Shown piece after piece: positions 62,699 to 64,000 of a stretch of DNA of 64,000 nucleotides (its first letter is position 1; each line of letters opens with the position of its first letter). A model generated the notes under the pieces. It saw only the letters and a program-made list of their open reading frames with translations, was not told where the DNA came from and made no database searches. A program made the position numbers and the translations under genes. The stretch lies in assembly GCF_004010195.1 (NCBI RefSeq), contig NC_057718.1, forward strand, positions 69,433,098 to 69,497,097, in the 5' to 3' direction. The stretch comes from Chiloscyllium plagiosum (lineage: Eukaryota).

Positions 62699-64000
62699 AT
62701 TGGTCTGGAGGAGACTTGCCAAATTTCCGAAACCTTCCTGAACGTAAAAGGTCTCCAATGATATTTGACCTGGAAGGAAATCTTGTCCTTATCCCTGGGA
62801 AACGGTGTCGAGGTGAAGATGATGACAGGGGATGAGAAGCAGAAAGCTGTGGTGAAGATGGAAACAAAGGTCGCCTTCTAGCTGTTTCCTTGGAGCTTGA
62901 AGAAAGTGAACTTGCTTGCTTCCTGGAGTGTCTTGAAGATGACAGAACCGATGAAGAAGGGACAGACTGAGTCACAAAAGAAGTAACTGGTTTTGTTGGG
63001 TGACTAGCTACAAGTTTTTGTTTGGCACCATTCGGACTTAAGTTAGAATTTCTTAGTTCAGTTCGATGAGTATGTCCCTGTGAAATTGGAGAGGAGGAAT
63101 TTTGGAAAGGTACTGAAGAGAAAGATGGTTTACTTTTACTGTCAGATATTCCAGCATTTGCAAAGTGTAAGGTAGATAGGTGATTTGTTGGCAAAAATGA
63201 ATGTGAATCCTCCAAAGGTCCAGAAGCAGAGGTTAGGATTGATGAAAATGGTTGTGACTGAGAGGAAATGGAAGATGAAACTGGCTTTCTTTCAGCACTT
63301 GATGTCAGCATGGTATTAGAGTGTCTAGAATGTGTACTGGGATTTAATTGTGAAGATTTGTCTGAGTTTCTTGAAGGTATAGAGGAACTCTGAACTGATG
63401 AAGATGGAATGTGCTGCAAAGAACGGTTAGAGCCAGTTAGTTTTCTTTCAAAGTAAGAAGAGGACACCTTCTTAGTATCAGTACCAGGCATGAGCTTGTT
63501 ATTTCTCGAATGAGAGGCAGGATCTGCCCATGAAGTTCTATGATCATTTCCAAAGGATGCTGAAGATGAGGATAACACAGGAGGAGGATTAGGTGGTGGG
63601 GAAACAGAAGAAAATTTTTTTTTTGGCGTTTCGTATACAAGTCTGGTTTTAATAAAACTTGATCCTGTGGCACGACTTCTTTGTGAAGTTGAGTGTGTTG
63701 AAGATATGGAAGCTGGCTTTTTATCATGATCACTGACCACCTTTCTTCCATTAGAATTTGGCCAAGACAGGGAAGCTGCAGTCAGAGAAGAACGTGAATT
63801 TGAAGTTGTTCTTGATAACGGCCGTGCCAATCTAGGATCAGGAGCAGAAAATGACTTTGGTGACTGCGAAACTAAAGTCTGTCTATTCAACGTTGAACCA
63901 TGGTAAGATTGTTTCAGCTCTGTTAAAATGGGATTCTTTTTCATTACATTTACCTCTTTAGCTGCATCTTCTTCCTCCACTTCTACACTTTCCTCATTCT
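62699..64000 (-). CDS. FNDC1: FNDC1 large Ser/Pro-rich exon (5' end beyond window)
   Basis: Frame open from the window edge through ORF 62622..63980. Donor CAA T|GTGAGT after ...KSPPDQ (phase 1). Joining to the next exon gives Q-W-K-S-G-R-P-N, in register with recalled human Q-G-Y-N-G-R-P-N. Confidence 0.88.

Overview
Vertebrate genomic DNA, almost certainly a shark (inferred from abundant HE1-type V-SINEs and CR1/HER1-type LINEs). The window lies inside one minus-strand gene, recognisable as FNDC1 (fibronectin type III domain-containing 1). Ten coding exons can be traced with GT-AG boundaries and matching splice phases, from the large Ser-rich exon running off the right edge to a 30-nt micro-exon at 5082-5111; both ends of the gene are outside the window. 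The introns are dense with decayed retroelements: V-SINEs, CR1 fragments, a second LINE family, a Gypsy-type LTR relic, and many Penelope-like element (PLE) pieces with RT and GIY-YIG remnants. The most striking non-genic signal is in the PLE terminal repeats. At least three distinct families carry minimal hammerhead-ribozyme cores (CUGANGA-stem II-GAAA-NUH). They often occur as ~85-220 bp stand-alone inserts, many of them fold-backs, flanked by 8-16 bp target-site duplications. There is a 516-N assembly gap at 33568-34083. Repeat boundaries are approximate, and comparisons with human FNDC1 are from memory, not from an alignment.
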